This document shows, piece by piece, positions 16,933-31,250 of a stretch of 64,000 nt of DNA. Source of the stretch: the human T2T-CHM13v2.0 reference genome, Homo sapiens; the NCBI RefSeq assembly GCF_009914755.1, contig NC_060930.1; one strand, written 5' to 3'. Each line of letters starts with the position of its first letter. The stretch's first letter is position 1. The notes below the pieces were generated by a model that saw only the letters and a list, made by a program, of their open reading frames with translations, did no database searches and was not told the origin of the DNA. A program made the position numbers and the translations under genes.

Positions 16933-17255
16933 GGCTGGACAGGTGGCTCATGCCTGTAGTCCCAGCACTTTGGGAGGCTGAGGCAGGCAGATCACCTGAG
17001 GTCAGAAGTTTGAGACCAGCCTGACCAACATGGCGAAATCCCATCTCTACTACAAATACAAAAATTAGCTGGGCATTGTGGCACACGCCTGTAATCCCAG
17101 CTACTCAGGGGGCTGAGGCAGGAGGATCACTTGAAACTGGGAGGTGGAGGCTGTAGTGAGCTGAGATTGCACCGTTGCGCCCCAGCCTGGGTGACAGAGC
17201 AAGACTCTGTCTCAAAAAAACAAAAAACAACAACAAAAACAAACAAACAAACAAA
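16933..17255 (+). mobile_element. AluS
   Basis: Dimer; TSD gagatagtaga. Confidence 0.95.
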
Positions 17256-17679
17256 AGAGATAGTAGACAGTGCCTAGCACGGAAGAAGCACTCAGTGAAC
17301 AGTGGTTAAATAACGGCAAAGAACTAACCTGGATTGGCTCCTGCAGATCAGTCATCAAATGGGTTAAGCGGGTGTGGATTCGAGGAAAAGCTAAGAATGG
17401 AGGCTAGGAGCATGTGGGATGTGATTTCATTGCTCCAGAGGGACTAGAACTTGTCGGGCAACAGGAAGGGGAATGACTTGTGAAAGGGGGTGTAGGGGCC
17501 ACCCAATTGCAGGTGACGGAACAGCCCCTTGGGTTAGGGCTCAGCAGCTGTTCTCTGTGTCCCAGCCAGGATAATGAGGGGGAGGCTGTCTGGTTGCCTG
17601 GGGACACAGGCCCTTTGCGCAGTAGCACCAGTAGGAGATACTAACCAGTTCTTCATTTATTAAAATTCTTCAAGTATTA

Positions 17680-18559
<880 letters not shown>

Positions 18560-19911
18560 GTTAGCATCTGTTCTTCCCTCTCGATATACAAAATTGTGGT
18601 TAGATCTTATTTTCAAGAATTGCTATGAAGATTACGCGCAGTAGTATATAAGGAGGCATTTTTGCAGCAGCGACATTTAACCCCCAGGATAACTGAGTTC
18701 AGAGATGTCAGATAACCTCCTGAATGACACAGGTACTACGGGGTGGAGGGAGGTTTGGGACAATTGGAGCCAGTGGGAGCTGTCAGTGCCGGCGGTGGGG
18801 GTCTTCAGCAAGTTTAGAAAGTGAGGAGGGCAGCGCTGGGCAGAGAGGAGGGCAAGTCAAGTCTCTAGGCAGGGCATGGCTTTGACGGCAGGCCTCACAG
18901 TAAGATGGGTGTGCTGGATTCAGGATCTAGACGGTGAGATCCCAGAAAGTGAGGCAGGTAGTGGAACCAAGGGAAGACCTCTCTCGAAGCTTCTTGCCGC
19001 TCTTAGAGATGAGGGAGCGAATGTTTTTGGGCATGGACCAGACTGTATCTCCCAGAACTCTCTTGGCAGCCTTGCCAGAGGGGTGCTGTTCTCCCATTGC
19101 ACAAATGAGGCTGCTTAGGCCTGGAGAGGGTAAGGACCTTGCTCAAGGTTGTACAGACTGACAGCGACGGAGTCAGGATTGTGACCCAGCTTTGCTCAAC
19201 TACAAAGACTGCCCTCTTTCCACTACACCATGAGGTCACCGTGACCCCCAGGAAACAGGGGGATGGACAATATCAGATGACCTTTTAAAGATCTTTGCCA
19301 GCAGAAACATTTTCTCAGTCTCTGCTCCTTGGTCTCCCTCCACACTCACCCCTGCCTCCTCCCGCTCTCTTCCCTCCTCATTACTCAACCAGGAGTAACC
19401 CCACTGGCTATCTATCTGTGGGTTGGGGGAGGAGACCAGCAGCTGTAGTTACTCAGATTAACCCTCTGCTGCCTGCCCACCTCCCCTCCACCCCATGGAT
19501 GTGTTGGTGAGGAACCCCCCTCCCCGCTCCCCTGCAGGCAGCCACTGGCTGAGGGGCACTTCCCAGAATTAGCCACTGTGAACAGCTGGCTGGGGGGCGG
19601 GGTTGAGGGGGTAGGTGGTAGAAAGGAGGCTAATAGCTTCCAGATGTGCCAAGGCACGAGAGCCTTGGGAGCTTCAGTTTCAGTGGTCTCCTGTGACTGG
19701 GATGGGTTGGCCCTCGTGTCCAGGACTCCAGAATTACTAAGGCAGCCAGGCAGATCCCGACTTTCAAGCTGCATGCAAATCTGTGTGCAGGGTAAGGTTG
19801 ACCTCCAAGCTGCACCTGCAGGGGCCCCGGGAAAACCCCTGCAGCCCAGCTGCTCTCTGTGGTATTAATACTAACACCATCTACCATGTCTACACTGCCA
19901 GTAGCATAGGC

Positions 19912-20330
19912 AACAGAGCATGGTAGTTTCGAGTGCAGGGTTTGGATTCACAGCGCTTAGAATCAAATCTCAGCTCAACCTCTCAACCAGTTCTGGGACC
20001 CAAAGCAAACTGCTCAGCTTCCTTAGCCATGAAATAGTTTCTATTTCATAAAGTTATTATTAGTATTAAATGAGATAATCTATGCAAAGTGCTTAATGCA
20101 GTGCCTGGCACATAGGAAGTTGTTGTCATTTAGAGAATACCTACCTTATTTCAGAGGCTATGCAATTTTATCCTTGCAACCCTGGAAGTTAGCTATGAGT
20201 AGTCTTACTTTTATGAGGCTATATCAAGGCTCAGAGAGGCTAAGTTACCTGTCCAGGATCACACAGGTGTCAAGTGCAGGGTTGCAACTTGAACCCAGGC
20301 CAAATGAACCCTAAAGCCCAGGCTCATTAT
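19912..20330. mobile_element. Two MIR fragments in opposite orientation
   Basis: attaaatgagataatctatgcaaagtgctta...gcctggcacatag (+), then ggctcagagaggctaagttacctgtccaggatcacacag...tgaacccagg (-). Confidence 0.7.
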
Positions 20331-20337
20331 CCTGTGC

Positions 20338-20344
<7 letters not shown>

Positions 20345-20368
<24 letters not shown>

Positions 20369-20389
20369 TGTGCATGTGTGCGCATGTGT
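20345..20389. repeat. (TG)n microsatellite
   Basis: Direct reading. Confidence 0.9.
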
Positions 20390-21289
20390 TTTACATTTTC
20401 CCATCAGTAGAAAGAGGTTGTAGGACCTGCTAGGGGCTGAGGGCATCATTTTCTGTCCTGCTTACTGAAGAGAGGCCTGACCCAGAAAAGTAGGCAACAG
20501 CTTGGGGGTTCAGAGGGGCCCTGGAAGAAGGCAAGTGCCCTGGAGGGGACACCAGGGACAGGAAATTTCAGGAACATGGAAGGAGCAGAGGACAGAATAT
20601 CAGAGGTTGGGAGAAGTCCAGGTTGTCCTAGGGTGCCCTCAAAGAGTATCCAGAGCCCCCATGAGCGGATCCTCAGGAGCCACTGACTGCCCTTTCCCTG
20701 GGTGTGTTTCTTGCTTTGCCAGTTGCTGCTCCTCTTCTGCACGTCTTCTCCTTGGCTAGTGCAGGGTGGTGGAGGGTCTCCAGAATTCCCCTTTACGGGA
20801 TGGGGAGGACGGGAGACCAGGGAGGAGGAGAACCAAGAGCGAAGGGGCTGGAGCCAGCCAGCAGGGAGGCCCGCCATTGGCCCAGCTCCCAGGGCCTGGG
20901 CCTGAGGACTACGGAGCTGCCTGCCCCTCACCATTCCCTCCCACTGCCCCCTAGGGCTCCTTGGCTGCTGAGCCTGCCAGATGGGCCCCCGCCAAGCCAA
21001 ACAGCTGCCAGGGGGAGAGGAAGAAGCATTTCCGAGCAGAGAGGCCCCTGTAGGCTCCTGCTGAAGCCTAGAATCCCCCTTTCTCACCGCCAAGTGAAGG
21101 GGGAATCTGTGCACATGCACATAGGCATGCACGCATGGCACTGGGGAGCCCAGGCGCAGGGCCACGGGACCTGGGACATGCAGGGGCAGAGGGGTGGGGG
21201 TCTGGAAGCAGGCTTGGGCAGGGACCATGGCTGTGCCAGGTAATAGGGAGTCTGGGGAATTAAGCTTGGCTCACTCTGAGGTTGGGGAA

Positions 21290-21702
21290 TGTAGTGGATT
21301 GAATAGAGACCCCCAAAGTTTATGCCCACCTGGAACCTGAGCATGGGACCTTATTTGGAGATAGGATCTTTGCAGAGGTAATGAAGGTGAGGATTGAGAT
21401 GCGATCACGCTGGATTAGTGTGGGCCCCAAATCCAGTGAAAGCGTCCTCCTAAGAAACAAGTAAAAACACTGAGAGACGTGGTGGGGACAGCCGTGTGAA
21501 GACGCATGTGAAGGTGGTGTCAGAGACTGGAGCCCACAGCCAAGGAATGCTTTGAGCCACCAGAAGCTGGACAGGAACTTGGCCCTGCTGGCATCTCAAT
21601 TTCAGACTTCTGGCCTCCAGAACTGTGAGAAAATAAATTTCTGTTGTTCTAAGCCACCAAGTTTGTGGTCATTTGTTTCGGCAGCTCTAGAAAATGAAGA
21701 CA
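21290..21702 (+). mobile_element. MLT1 (MaLR) solo LTR, MLT1B/C-like
   Basis: TG...CA ends; ccttatttgga.ataggatctttgcaga; cagacttctggcctccagaactgtgagaaaataaatttctgttgtt; 5-bp flanks gggaa/gggag. Confidence 0.88.
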
Positions 21703-22249
21703 GGGAGGCATATGGAGGAGGGTTGGGGTGGGGGGAGTGGGTAGGTGGAGGCTTCATAAGAAAGCCTTGGAAAACAGGATACAAAATATTGACCATTTAT
21801 CTTGCCACTATTCTGTGCCAGGCACTTTTAAAGATATTTATCTCTATCCTCACAATGACCCTGCCACAGAGAATTATGGTTTCCATTTTACAGTGAGGTT
21901 CAGACCCAAGTGAACTCCATTTAGTTAGGATTCCAACCCAGGATCCTCTGTCTCCCAAGCCTGGCCTCTGTCCACCTTCTTTCAAGGGTGGCCCCAGTAG
22001 ATTCCAGGGCAGATGACACTTGCTTTCAAGTTGGAGGGGTCTCCAGGAGTCTGAGAGGGGAACATAATGATGCTCTACTGGGAAACAGGGGAAGAGGCCA
22101 TTACTGCTCTGGGGGCCTGCTGTGCTGGATGCCCTAGAAAATCTCGACTCACCACGATGTTCCTGTAGGCCTCAGTGACATGGCCAACGGTTTCTTCATG
22201 GTCCTGTACCCTACAGAGGGAGGCATCCCTACTCACCTCATTCCCACTA

Positions 22250-22447
22250 TGACAATCACATCACTCCCTCCACCACCATCGCTGTCTCCATCATTGCCAC
22301 CTCCATCACCACCGCCATCACCTTCACCATCATCCCCTTCACTGTTACCATCACCACCCTGAAACTGCTATAATGGCTGTCACGACCAGTACTTCTGTGT
22401 CCATGTCACCATCTCCATCACAACCCCTCTACCCCCACTACCATCAC
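22250..22447. repeat. Degenerate (CCA/TCA)n low-complexity repeat
   Basis: caccaccatc...ccatcaccaccgccatcaccttcaccatcatc. Confidence 0.75.
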
Positions 22448-23704
22448 TGCAAAATGGTGGAGAGGTGAGAGGCCGGTAAGTCACTCAGGGAAGGACAGGA
22501 CAGCCGAGCAGGATTTAGCAGGGGAGGAGGAGGAGGTGGGATGTGTCTGGCTGACAGACAGGGTCCATAGTGAAGGACTGCCCTAGGTTCAGCCTTGTTG
22601 AGAGGGAGGTGAGTCTGCCTGGCTGGAGTAAACACTTGGTAGGACAGGCTGTCTTCGCGGGCGTTGGTTTGGGTGGGTGGAGGCTATTCTAGCAACACAT
22701 CCTGCCCCTGCCTGGCTCACGATGGTCTCTGGGGGATGTGGATTTTGGCGGGTCCCTGGCTCGTGGCCACCTGCCTGGCCTGGCCTGGCCGTAGCAGTGA
22801 GGTCATGAGAGTGGCTGTACTGGGAGTACTGGGGAGTGGGGTGGAAAGGAGGGGTGCGCCCTGGCTGGGAGAGGAAGGCCTCTCTCCCCTGGCTGACTCT
22901 ACCCATAACGATCATAACGATGAAGTAAGCACGAGCCTGGACACTCCATCTCCCCAGACTGCCCTCCCTCCGGCCTGCCCAGCTTGCCCCGGGCCTGGGT
23001 TCTGGGCGCTGCAGGCTCTCTCTGCCAAGGGCTCTGGGTTTCCCATTCCCTGGTGACATCTTGATAGTTGGATCAGCCACCTGAGGGAATACAGGGGCCA
23101 GAGGCTCTGATCTGGGTGTAGGGAGAGAATTGACTGTGGAGAAGGGCGTACTATTTCTCCACACTTCCTCCTTGTTAGACTCAATATGCCTGTGTGTGGT
23201 GTAGGGAGATGGTGGCAGAATGTTCCAGAGACTCGGGCCCCAGCCGCTCCCCTCACCTCTTCCCTGCACACCTGGCCACCTCCACTGCCTTTAGAGACTG
23301 GGGACCGGCCAGCTCTGGGAACAGCCTCTCTCAACCCTTCCAAGCCCTGAAACTGCCCAAATGCCCAGCTAATCCCACCCTCTAAGATCTCACTTGAGAG
23401 CTGTGGGAAATGGGAAACAATACTATCGTGGGATGTGTTTATCTCTGCATCAGGCGTGAGAGCCCGGCAGACAGGCTGGCGACTGGAGGGGCCAAGCGGC
23501 CACTGAGTCCCTGAGACAGGAGATCGGAGGGTGGAGTCAGTGAGAGCACTGGGGAAGGGCCCCGGCTTCCACCCACATCCTGGGAAATGGCTGTGGCTGA
23601 GCCACCTCTCACTACAATCATTCCTGGGGGAAGGCCTTTTGCTGGCTTAGGAAAGACTTTGGACTTCGACAGGACACGGAGACCTTTTGAGGACCATAAG
23701 ATAG

Positions 23705-23950
23705 TGACAGCTAGTGTTCACTGAGCATTTACTGCATATGGAGCCCTGTCCAGGCACTTTATATGTGTCCACTCATTTAGTCCTCCCAATATCACTATGA
23801 GGTTATTACAATTACTGTTATATGTATTTCACAGTTAAGGAAACGGAGGCGCAGACAGCTAAAGACATTTGCTGAAGGTTAGAATGATGGAAGGTGGAGC
23901 TAGAATTTGTGTCCAGCTCTTCTGGCTTCAGAGCTCATGCTCTTTACTCT
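23705..23950 (-). mobile_element. MIR
   Basis: ctgagcatttact...actcatttagtcctc...tttcacagttaaggaaacggaggc. Confidence 0.75.
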
Positions 23951-25512
23951 GGGGTGGAGTGGGGTGGATTTTTTGAGTTCCCACTCCAAACCTACCCACC
24001 CCTTCTTCTCCAGGGTCCCTACCTGGTATGGCAAACAGCACAGAAATGGGAGCCAGGAGCCTTGGGTCCTTGTGCCTCTAACCTTGCTCTGTGGCTGAGG
24101 GCAAATTCTTGCTCTCTCCAGCCTCAGTTTCCCCATCTGCCCACTGTGCCAGCATTGGACTCATCCAGGGATCCCTGAAAGCCCTCCCGGCCTGATATCT
24201 GGAGCTGAACTACCCCAGCTTGGAGCTGTTCCTGTTTGTGGGGCCAGCCTGGGCCCTGGGAATGGTGGGGAGATGGGAGTTGGAGGGTGGAACCCAATGG
24301 CCTGGAGGACCCCTGGGTGTCCGGACAGCTCTCACATGGCCCCATGGCAGCCACCTCTTTGACTGTGCTCCATCAAGAGGAGCGGCAGGAGCACAGATCA
24401 GAGACAATAGCCAAACATGCTCACCCACCCACAGATCCCTGCCTGGCAGTGGGGCGGGGAGAGGGTCTGCCGGGATCCAGTTCCCACCAACCCCGGACTC
24501 CTCCGGCATCTCCTGACTGGGCCCCTCCCCGCACAAGTGGTGATAGGAGTAGGCAGATCCTTACCCTCTTTACCCTCCTTTCAGAGCACCCAGTGGGCAG
24601 CAAGCATCTCTGATTATCCTCCTCACCCCATGCAGCCCTTTCTTCCTCTCCTAGCCATACCTTAGATGGCCTTGCTTTTTTATCCAGCCACATTTTCTGA
24701 GCCTACTATGTGCCAGGCACTGTGCCAGGTGTAGGAAGACAGGGATGGAAAAAGCTTGATTCCTGCCCTCAGGTGCTCACAGCCTAGTGGGAATTAACCC
24801 TAACCCATCCCACATTCCCTGCCCTCCACGCTTCACCACTTGGAGGATCATCAAAGGCAGAGCGCAGAGGGCAGGGGAGGGATTCTTCAGGGCCCAAAGG
24901 CCAGGGAAGTTCTGGGGGCACCAGAGCAGGCAGCAAGAGTGGGAGCTGGAGCCAGCAGGCCCTGGGAGGAGTGCGCCTGGTCCTGAGATCCTTTTTGATG
25001 ATGACTACCTAGGCTGCTTGAGTGGAAAGAGGATGGGGTACTATCTTTCCCCTTGCTGGAGGTGACTTCAAGCAGGACAATAGCCTGTTTGCTGAGCTGG
25101 AACCCTAGAGTCTGTTAAGGCCAACTTGAGTTTGGTAATAGATGATCCCAGAATTTTAAGAAAAAGAGGAGCACAGAGCCACAGAGCTGAGATGAAGGTA
25201 GCGGAGGACAAATTTCCATGTGGGGAGTGAGACTCACTTACAGAAGCTGGTGAGTCTGAGGTGGTAGGTCTGGTTGGGTTCATGTCTTACGAAAAGTGAC
25301 TGTAGTAACTTGACCTGTGAAATGGGGGATAATCTCATCTAAAATATTAAGTTCATCCATTCATTCACCAACAAGGTTTATTGAATGACTGCCATATTCC
25401 AGACACTGGGACTTCAGCAGTAAAAAGGCAGCCTCAGTTCCTGCCCTCTTGGAAATTGTGTTCCATTGGAGAGAAAGATAATAAACCTATTTTTATATGA
25501 AAAATGATTTCA

Positions 25513-25816
<304 letters not shown>

Positions 25817-25971
25817 TCAATACAAATCTGAGAAGCGGTGAAGGGAAGCACAGGATAAGTTTCTATGCTATGACATTTTATCACAACTGGACCTGCCTGA
25901 ATCTGTGTGATCCAGGAAGACTTCTCGGAGGAAGTGACATTTAAGCTGAAGTTTACAGGGATGAGAGCAAT

Positions 25972-26430
25972 GTGTCAGGATTAGCTTCAGCTGTAAGTGA
26001 CAGAAAACCCCCAAAATAAGAGTGGTTTAAACAAGACAGAAGTTTAATTTTCTTCCATAAGTGAAGCCCAGAGCTGGGTGGTCCAGGGGTGATGGAGAAT
26101 CTCCATAGTCATCACAGGTTCCAGGCTCCCTCTAGCTAAATCCGTGGCTCCACCATTCTCACATTCTCACATCTCAGTCCAGAATGGCTTTTCCAGCTCC
26201 AGCCATTATGTTCATAGTCCAGTCAGCAGGAAGGAAAAAGGTGAGAGAGAAGGAAATGATATGCTCCTGCCTTTAAGAACACATCTTTGTAGGTGACACA
26301 CCATTTCTACTCACAGACTTTTGGCCAGAGCTCAGTCACATGATTCTCCTAGCTGCAAAGGATGCCAGGGAATTTGTCTTTATTTTGGGCAGCCATGGGC
26401 CTATTACTAAAGAAGAAAGGGAGATGGCTA
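25972..26430 (-). mobile_element. Old MLT1 (J/I-like) LTR
   Basis: tcagctgtaagtgacagaaaaccc...ggtttaaacaagacagaagttta...ttggccagagctcagtcacatg...ctagctgcaaagga. Confidence 0.7.
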
Positions 26431-26869
26431 GACATTTATGCCACAAGGAACTATTCAGGTGAAGATGGGAGTACTAGAGTTGAGACTGCTAGGGTGAGGG
26501 ACATTAAGAATGACTCAAGGATCCCAGGTTCTGCTGTGATCAGTGGAGTGTCTGGTGGTTGCATTTGCTAAGCTAAGGGACCTCAAAGAAGGAGCAGGTT
26601 TGCTGACCAGGAAGAGTTAAGTTTGAACGCATTGAGTTGAAGGGGCTGTGAGCCATCTGTGTAGAGAGGCTCATGGATATATGGGTCTGGACTCAAGAGA
26701 CAGGTCTGGGGTAGAGGTCTATCCTGGGCATTGTAGGCATATTGGTGGCAGCTGCAGCCATCAAAGAGAGGAATGAGAAGGCCCAGGGAGCAGTGGAGAG
26801 AAGAGAAAAAGCCTAGGGCACAACCTTGAGAATGCTGGGAACATGTTCACCCTCATTTTGAGTTTTCCT

Positions 26870-27250
26870 TTTGGGGCATTGTCTCTTCTCCATCTTGTGG
26901 GGTGAAAAAACAAATGATCTGCTTTCCTACTCTAGAGTTGGAAGGATCCCTGGAGACTCATTGCACCAGGCCCTCCCTTTCACCTCCATGGAGCAGCCGA
27001 GGGGCGGCCATCTGACCTAAACTCAGCTGGTCAGACTCTTGGGTCTGGGCATCTTGAGCATCCTGACACTAGGATGGAAGGGGCCTTTGGAGTTCAGCCA
27101 AGTCACTTCTGTCTGGTTTCCAAGTTAGGTACTCCAGACTCCCAGTCGATTCTCTGACCTAGCTCCTTAATATTTTTCCAGTTAATTCTTTTGTTTTTTA
27201 TTTTTTCTTATAAGTGCCAGAGGTGGTTTCTGTTACTCGCAAACAGAGAG
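26870..27250 (+). mobile_element. Old MLT1 (K-like) LTR fragment
   Basis: Ends ...gccagaggtggtttctgttactcgcaaac. Confidence 0.5.
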
Positions 27251-27487
27251 GAGCCAGTGAAGGAAAATAAGATGGACAGGACTTCAGAGGGGCAGGAAGA
27301 GAGCCGAAAACCGGGAGCTAGGCTTTACAAAAATAAGCGAAAGAGTATATCTTGAAGAAAGGAGTAGCCAGTGGCGTCAATTTTTATTTAGAAAGTGTCC
27401 AGTATGTCTGTGTAAGCATGGGAGAAAAAGGCAAGAAGGAAACACAGCTGTTAACAATGAGGAATAATGGGGGGAGGCTTCGATAGA

Positions 27488-28005
27488 TCTTTGTTTCAAA
27501 GGACAGGAACCCAACTCATACTTGCTTAAGACAAAAACAACAACAAAAAAGTAATTTATTGGCTTATATCACTGAAGAGTCCAGGGGTGAGTCTGTCTTT
27601 GGCACAGCCCGGACAATGTCTGCAGGGCTTGGTCTCTGCTCTCCTCTGTGTGGGCTTCCTTCTCGCGCATGTTCTCCTTAGGCAGTACTCCTGGAAACTC
27701 TTGGAATATACGTACCCATTTAGTAACTTCGGAGAGAGCAGAAAGCCATTCTTCTTCCCAGTGGCTCCAGTAAAATTCCAGGATTGACTCTGATGGGCCT
27801 GGTTTGGTCATATGTCCTTCCTGAACCAATCACTATGGATAGGACTTTTTTTTTTTTTTTTTTTTTTTTCTGTGCTTGAGTGGTCTGAATCTTCCCACGG
27901 AGATAGGGAGATGGAGTCATTTCCATCCAAGCCACTTTTACTGAGAGTGTAGGGACTGCCCAGAGGAAATCAAGAGGCTATTTATCAGAAGAAAGAATGG
28001 GTTCC
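27488..28005 (-). mobile_element. Old MLT1K-like LTR
   Basis: gacaggaacccaactca...taatttattggcttatatcactgaagagtccagggg...ctctgatgggcctggtttggtcatatgtcc...gaaccaatcactatgg. Confidence 0.65.
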
Positions 28006-29374
28006 GGGGGATGAAAACCCAATCTGTGTTCCCGTTGACTAGGGGGAAGGGTATAATGACTGGCTAGGTCTGCTCACAAGGCCATGCTTGGAGGACATGA
28101 GGCAAGTCCACTTGAGTCATCTTCCCCAAAACCACGGGCACTGGGCAGAAAAAACTACACTTGAACACTGTAGGTGGATTGAGGGGTGGGCAGAAGCAAG
28201 AACAGCAAAATAGCACGGGGAAGGAACGGGTGGGCTCAAATCCAGAAATCCAGATTTGAATCTGAGTTTTGCCATTTGGTAATTTTTAAACTTCTGAGCC
28301 TCAGTTTCTCATTGGAAAACTGGATCAATGCAGGAACAGTGCCTGTAGAATTCTTATGAGAATTAAATGGAATACTCGACATAAAGGATTCAGCTCTGTT
28401 CCTGAAAAAGCCAATGAATGTTTGCTGTTATGATAGTGGTCTTGAACTTCCATGCGGGTGACTGTGCCCTTGATAAGGGGTCAGGCTGTCCTCGGAGCCC
28501 TCTTCCTCATGCCATCAGGGCCTCCCCAGCACAGGCCTCAGAACTCACTAACATGTTGCTCAGTCAAAGCCTGGCCAGATTCCAACCCCAGGCATGAAGG
28601 AAAGCATAAAGGATCTGGTGTTTGGGTGTGGTCACGGTGGGTCCTGATGGGGCTGCGTCAAGGCTAATGAGGAAGAGGCTGGAGGGCCAGGGATTGGCAA
28701 GGAGGAAGGTGAGGAGTAAGGGGAGGGGTGATTTTGGCTAGAGCCAGCAGGGGTCACTGCAGATCTAAGTAACTTCAGGGAAGCGGCAGGGCCACCCATG
28801 GGCCCTCCCACATTACTACCTGCCTTCGTAACTGGGATACAGGTCTTGGACCAGTTCTGGGAGAAGGATTGGGATTGGACTCACGCAGTGGGAGGTAGCT
28901 GCCTAGGGCATCTGCCCTTGGTGTCCTCCGGGGCCTAGGCTGTCTCTCCTCCATGGAGGCTCTTCACCAATGGGGTGTGGGCCTGGCGTGCCACCGGACT
29001 CTGAGTTCCAGCAGTGCCTAGTAAGTGCATCTTGAGATGCTCCCCTATAAAGAGCTCTGAGATTAAATGCGTTTCCTTGTCTCGTCCCTCGTCTCTGAGG
29101 GTTGTAGCCCAGATTAGCATGTTAGAGGCTCAGAGAAGTCCTGCAGTCAAGAAGACCTGTTAGACTGTGTTTAACTCAGGTTTCCTGTGCTTATTTGAGC
29201 CCGTTTGCCACAACATAGTTAGGGAAATGCTGGCTTAAGGGTGGGAAAGGGGGTGTGCTTGATACATTAACCTTCCCCAAGAGCATTTGCCCTCCCAACA
29301 CACTCCCTCCTCCACCCATTGCAAGTAGTGTGTGACACATGTCTGTTGTAGAAAAGTGGGGGAAAAAACTACAA

Positions 29375-29430
29375 AGAAGAAAGTTACCCATCCCCTGCCT
29401 CCAGAAGAAAGTTACCCATCCCCTGCCTCC
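29375..29430. repeat. Perfect 28-bp tandem duplication
   Basis: agaagaaagttacccatcccctgcctcc x2 (29375-29402, 29403-29430). Confidence 0.95.
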
Positions 29431-29884
29431 TGCTCCTTAGTCTCTTCTCAAAAGAGCTCTGGCCACTGTCCTCGGTCTTCCTGGAGAAAGGGTGATGATG
29501 GAGCTCCCCTCAAGGCACACCCACTTCTACTGGGGAGAAGCCCCAAGAGGAAAGGGCCCTTTTAGAGGTCATCTTATCCACCCCTCCGTCTCCTCTCTGT
29601 GCAGATTCTTGCTTCCCTCTCTTGCTGACATTCCTACAGGAAGGGAGATGGTGGTGGTGGTTTGGAGGGTGTTGAGGGGCGCAGAGGGCAATTGGGTATG
29701 TAGATCATCAGGGTGGAAGGTGAGCTTCCTTTCTAGGTGGGGAAACAGGCTCAGAGAGGGGCCATGACTTACTGGTGTTTCACAATGAGCCAGTGGTGGA
29801 GCTCACAGATCCTGGCCCCAGACCAGGCACCCTCCTCCCCCTAACCCCCATCTCCAGCTCTCAATGCCAAGAGGCTGGAGCGGG

Positions 29885-30085
29885 CCCTGTGCACTCCAGG
29901 CAAGGCTGCGGTTTCTTCTGTGGGACTGTGGAGCCACCCAGGGTGTGTGGGTGCTGCGCACGCGCACCACAGTTGTGTAACAGGCTCTGGGGCGTGTGCA
30001 CGCGCTCAGTAACCTGATGCAACAGGGAAGCTGTGGTCCCGTGAGCTGGGGTGTGGGCGCTTGGCCGGTGCCCAAACCACAAAGA
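29885..30085. promoter_or_regulatory. Candidate enhancer (RUNX x4, C/EBP, C/EBP-ATF, MRE/XRE-like cores, retained CpGs)
   Basis: Motif matches and local CpG retention only; no functional data. Confidence 0.4.
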
Positions 30086-31250
30086 GTATTTGGCTTGTGG
30101 CTAAGGAGGCCAGGCATGGGGGTCGCAGAGTTGTCTACGTCAGGGCTTGTCTATCCCTAGTTGCCCACATCCTGGTCCCTGTGGGCGCAGGGCTGGGAAT
30201 GGGGCTGCCTGGCCAGGTGATACTGTGGAGGAGGGGTTGGGGCCTTGCCCCTTCCTCCTTCTGTTTGCCACGATGCCTATTGTGATGAGGATGGGGGGCA
30301 GGCGGGGCTTCCTCCCTGTGGTTCCATCTCTTCCTGGCTGTAACCCCCCAACCCAGTTCTGTACCCTGCTCTCTCCACCAATCCTGGAGCCCTCACCACA
30401 GATCCAGGTCATTTTACACAGCAATATCTGCCTCTCACTCCCCCACCTCCCCTGAGTCTCACAGCCCTGCCCTCCCTACATAATAGGCTTTCCTGGGCAC
30501 CCCAAATTGGGAGAAGCAGAACGGGGAAGGAGAAGAAGAGTGGCCACTTTGCAGCCAGCCCAGACGCTGACTTTCCGCTGCCACTTCTGAACTGAGTGAC
30601 TGAGAAAGATCAGTGTCCCTTCTCAGCCTCCATGTACTCATCTAAGAGGTGGGGGCAGTGATACTCCCTGCTGAGAGTGGTGGAAAGATAGTGTGCTCCT
30701 GTGAACAGGAGTCCTGAACTCTTGAACTCTAGGGTCTAGGAAAGAACTCCATGAAAGGGGAGTTGCCCCTTCATTCTGCTCCATGTGGATTGAGTGTTAG
30801 GGCACCCGCCCTCCTCCCAACTCCCCAGCATTTCTATCACCAGACAGGGTGGCAGGCACTTTGGAGAGCCAGGGTCCTGGGAGGAGGTGGCCCATGAAAG
30901 CAGGCCCTATTCTGCCTGCCTGTGGCCACCTGTGTACCCTCTCTCCCCTCTTGTCCGCAGGGAGGTGGGGCACATGCATTTCTTCTGCCCCTCTCCACTT
31001 GCTCCAGCACTTCAGAAAGGCAACATCCTTGGGGGTGGCCAGTGGGTTCCAGGGATGCAGGGTTAGGTGACGCAGGGAGGGCATCTATGCCCAGTGTCCT
31101 GACTCTCTTCCCTGGCTGGGCTGTACCTGGCACGTTGGGGCTCCTCTCCAGTGCTCCCAGGATGCCCTGGATCTACATTGCCTTATTCTGCACTAACCAC
31201 CTAATGTTTTGATGATCTGCTTATGCATCTACCTAAAAATAACAAATGAT

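Noticed and set aside
20446-23343. 260-aa and 226-aa minus-strand ORFs (also 38461-39138 and 46607-47245)
   Set aside because: Pro/Gly/Ser-rich translations typical of GC-rich non-coding DNA; no recognisable family, and overlapping ORFs on both strands.
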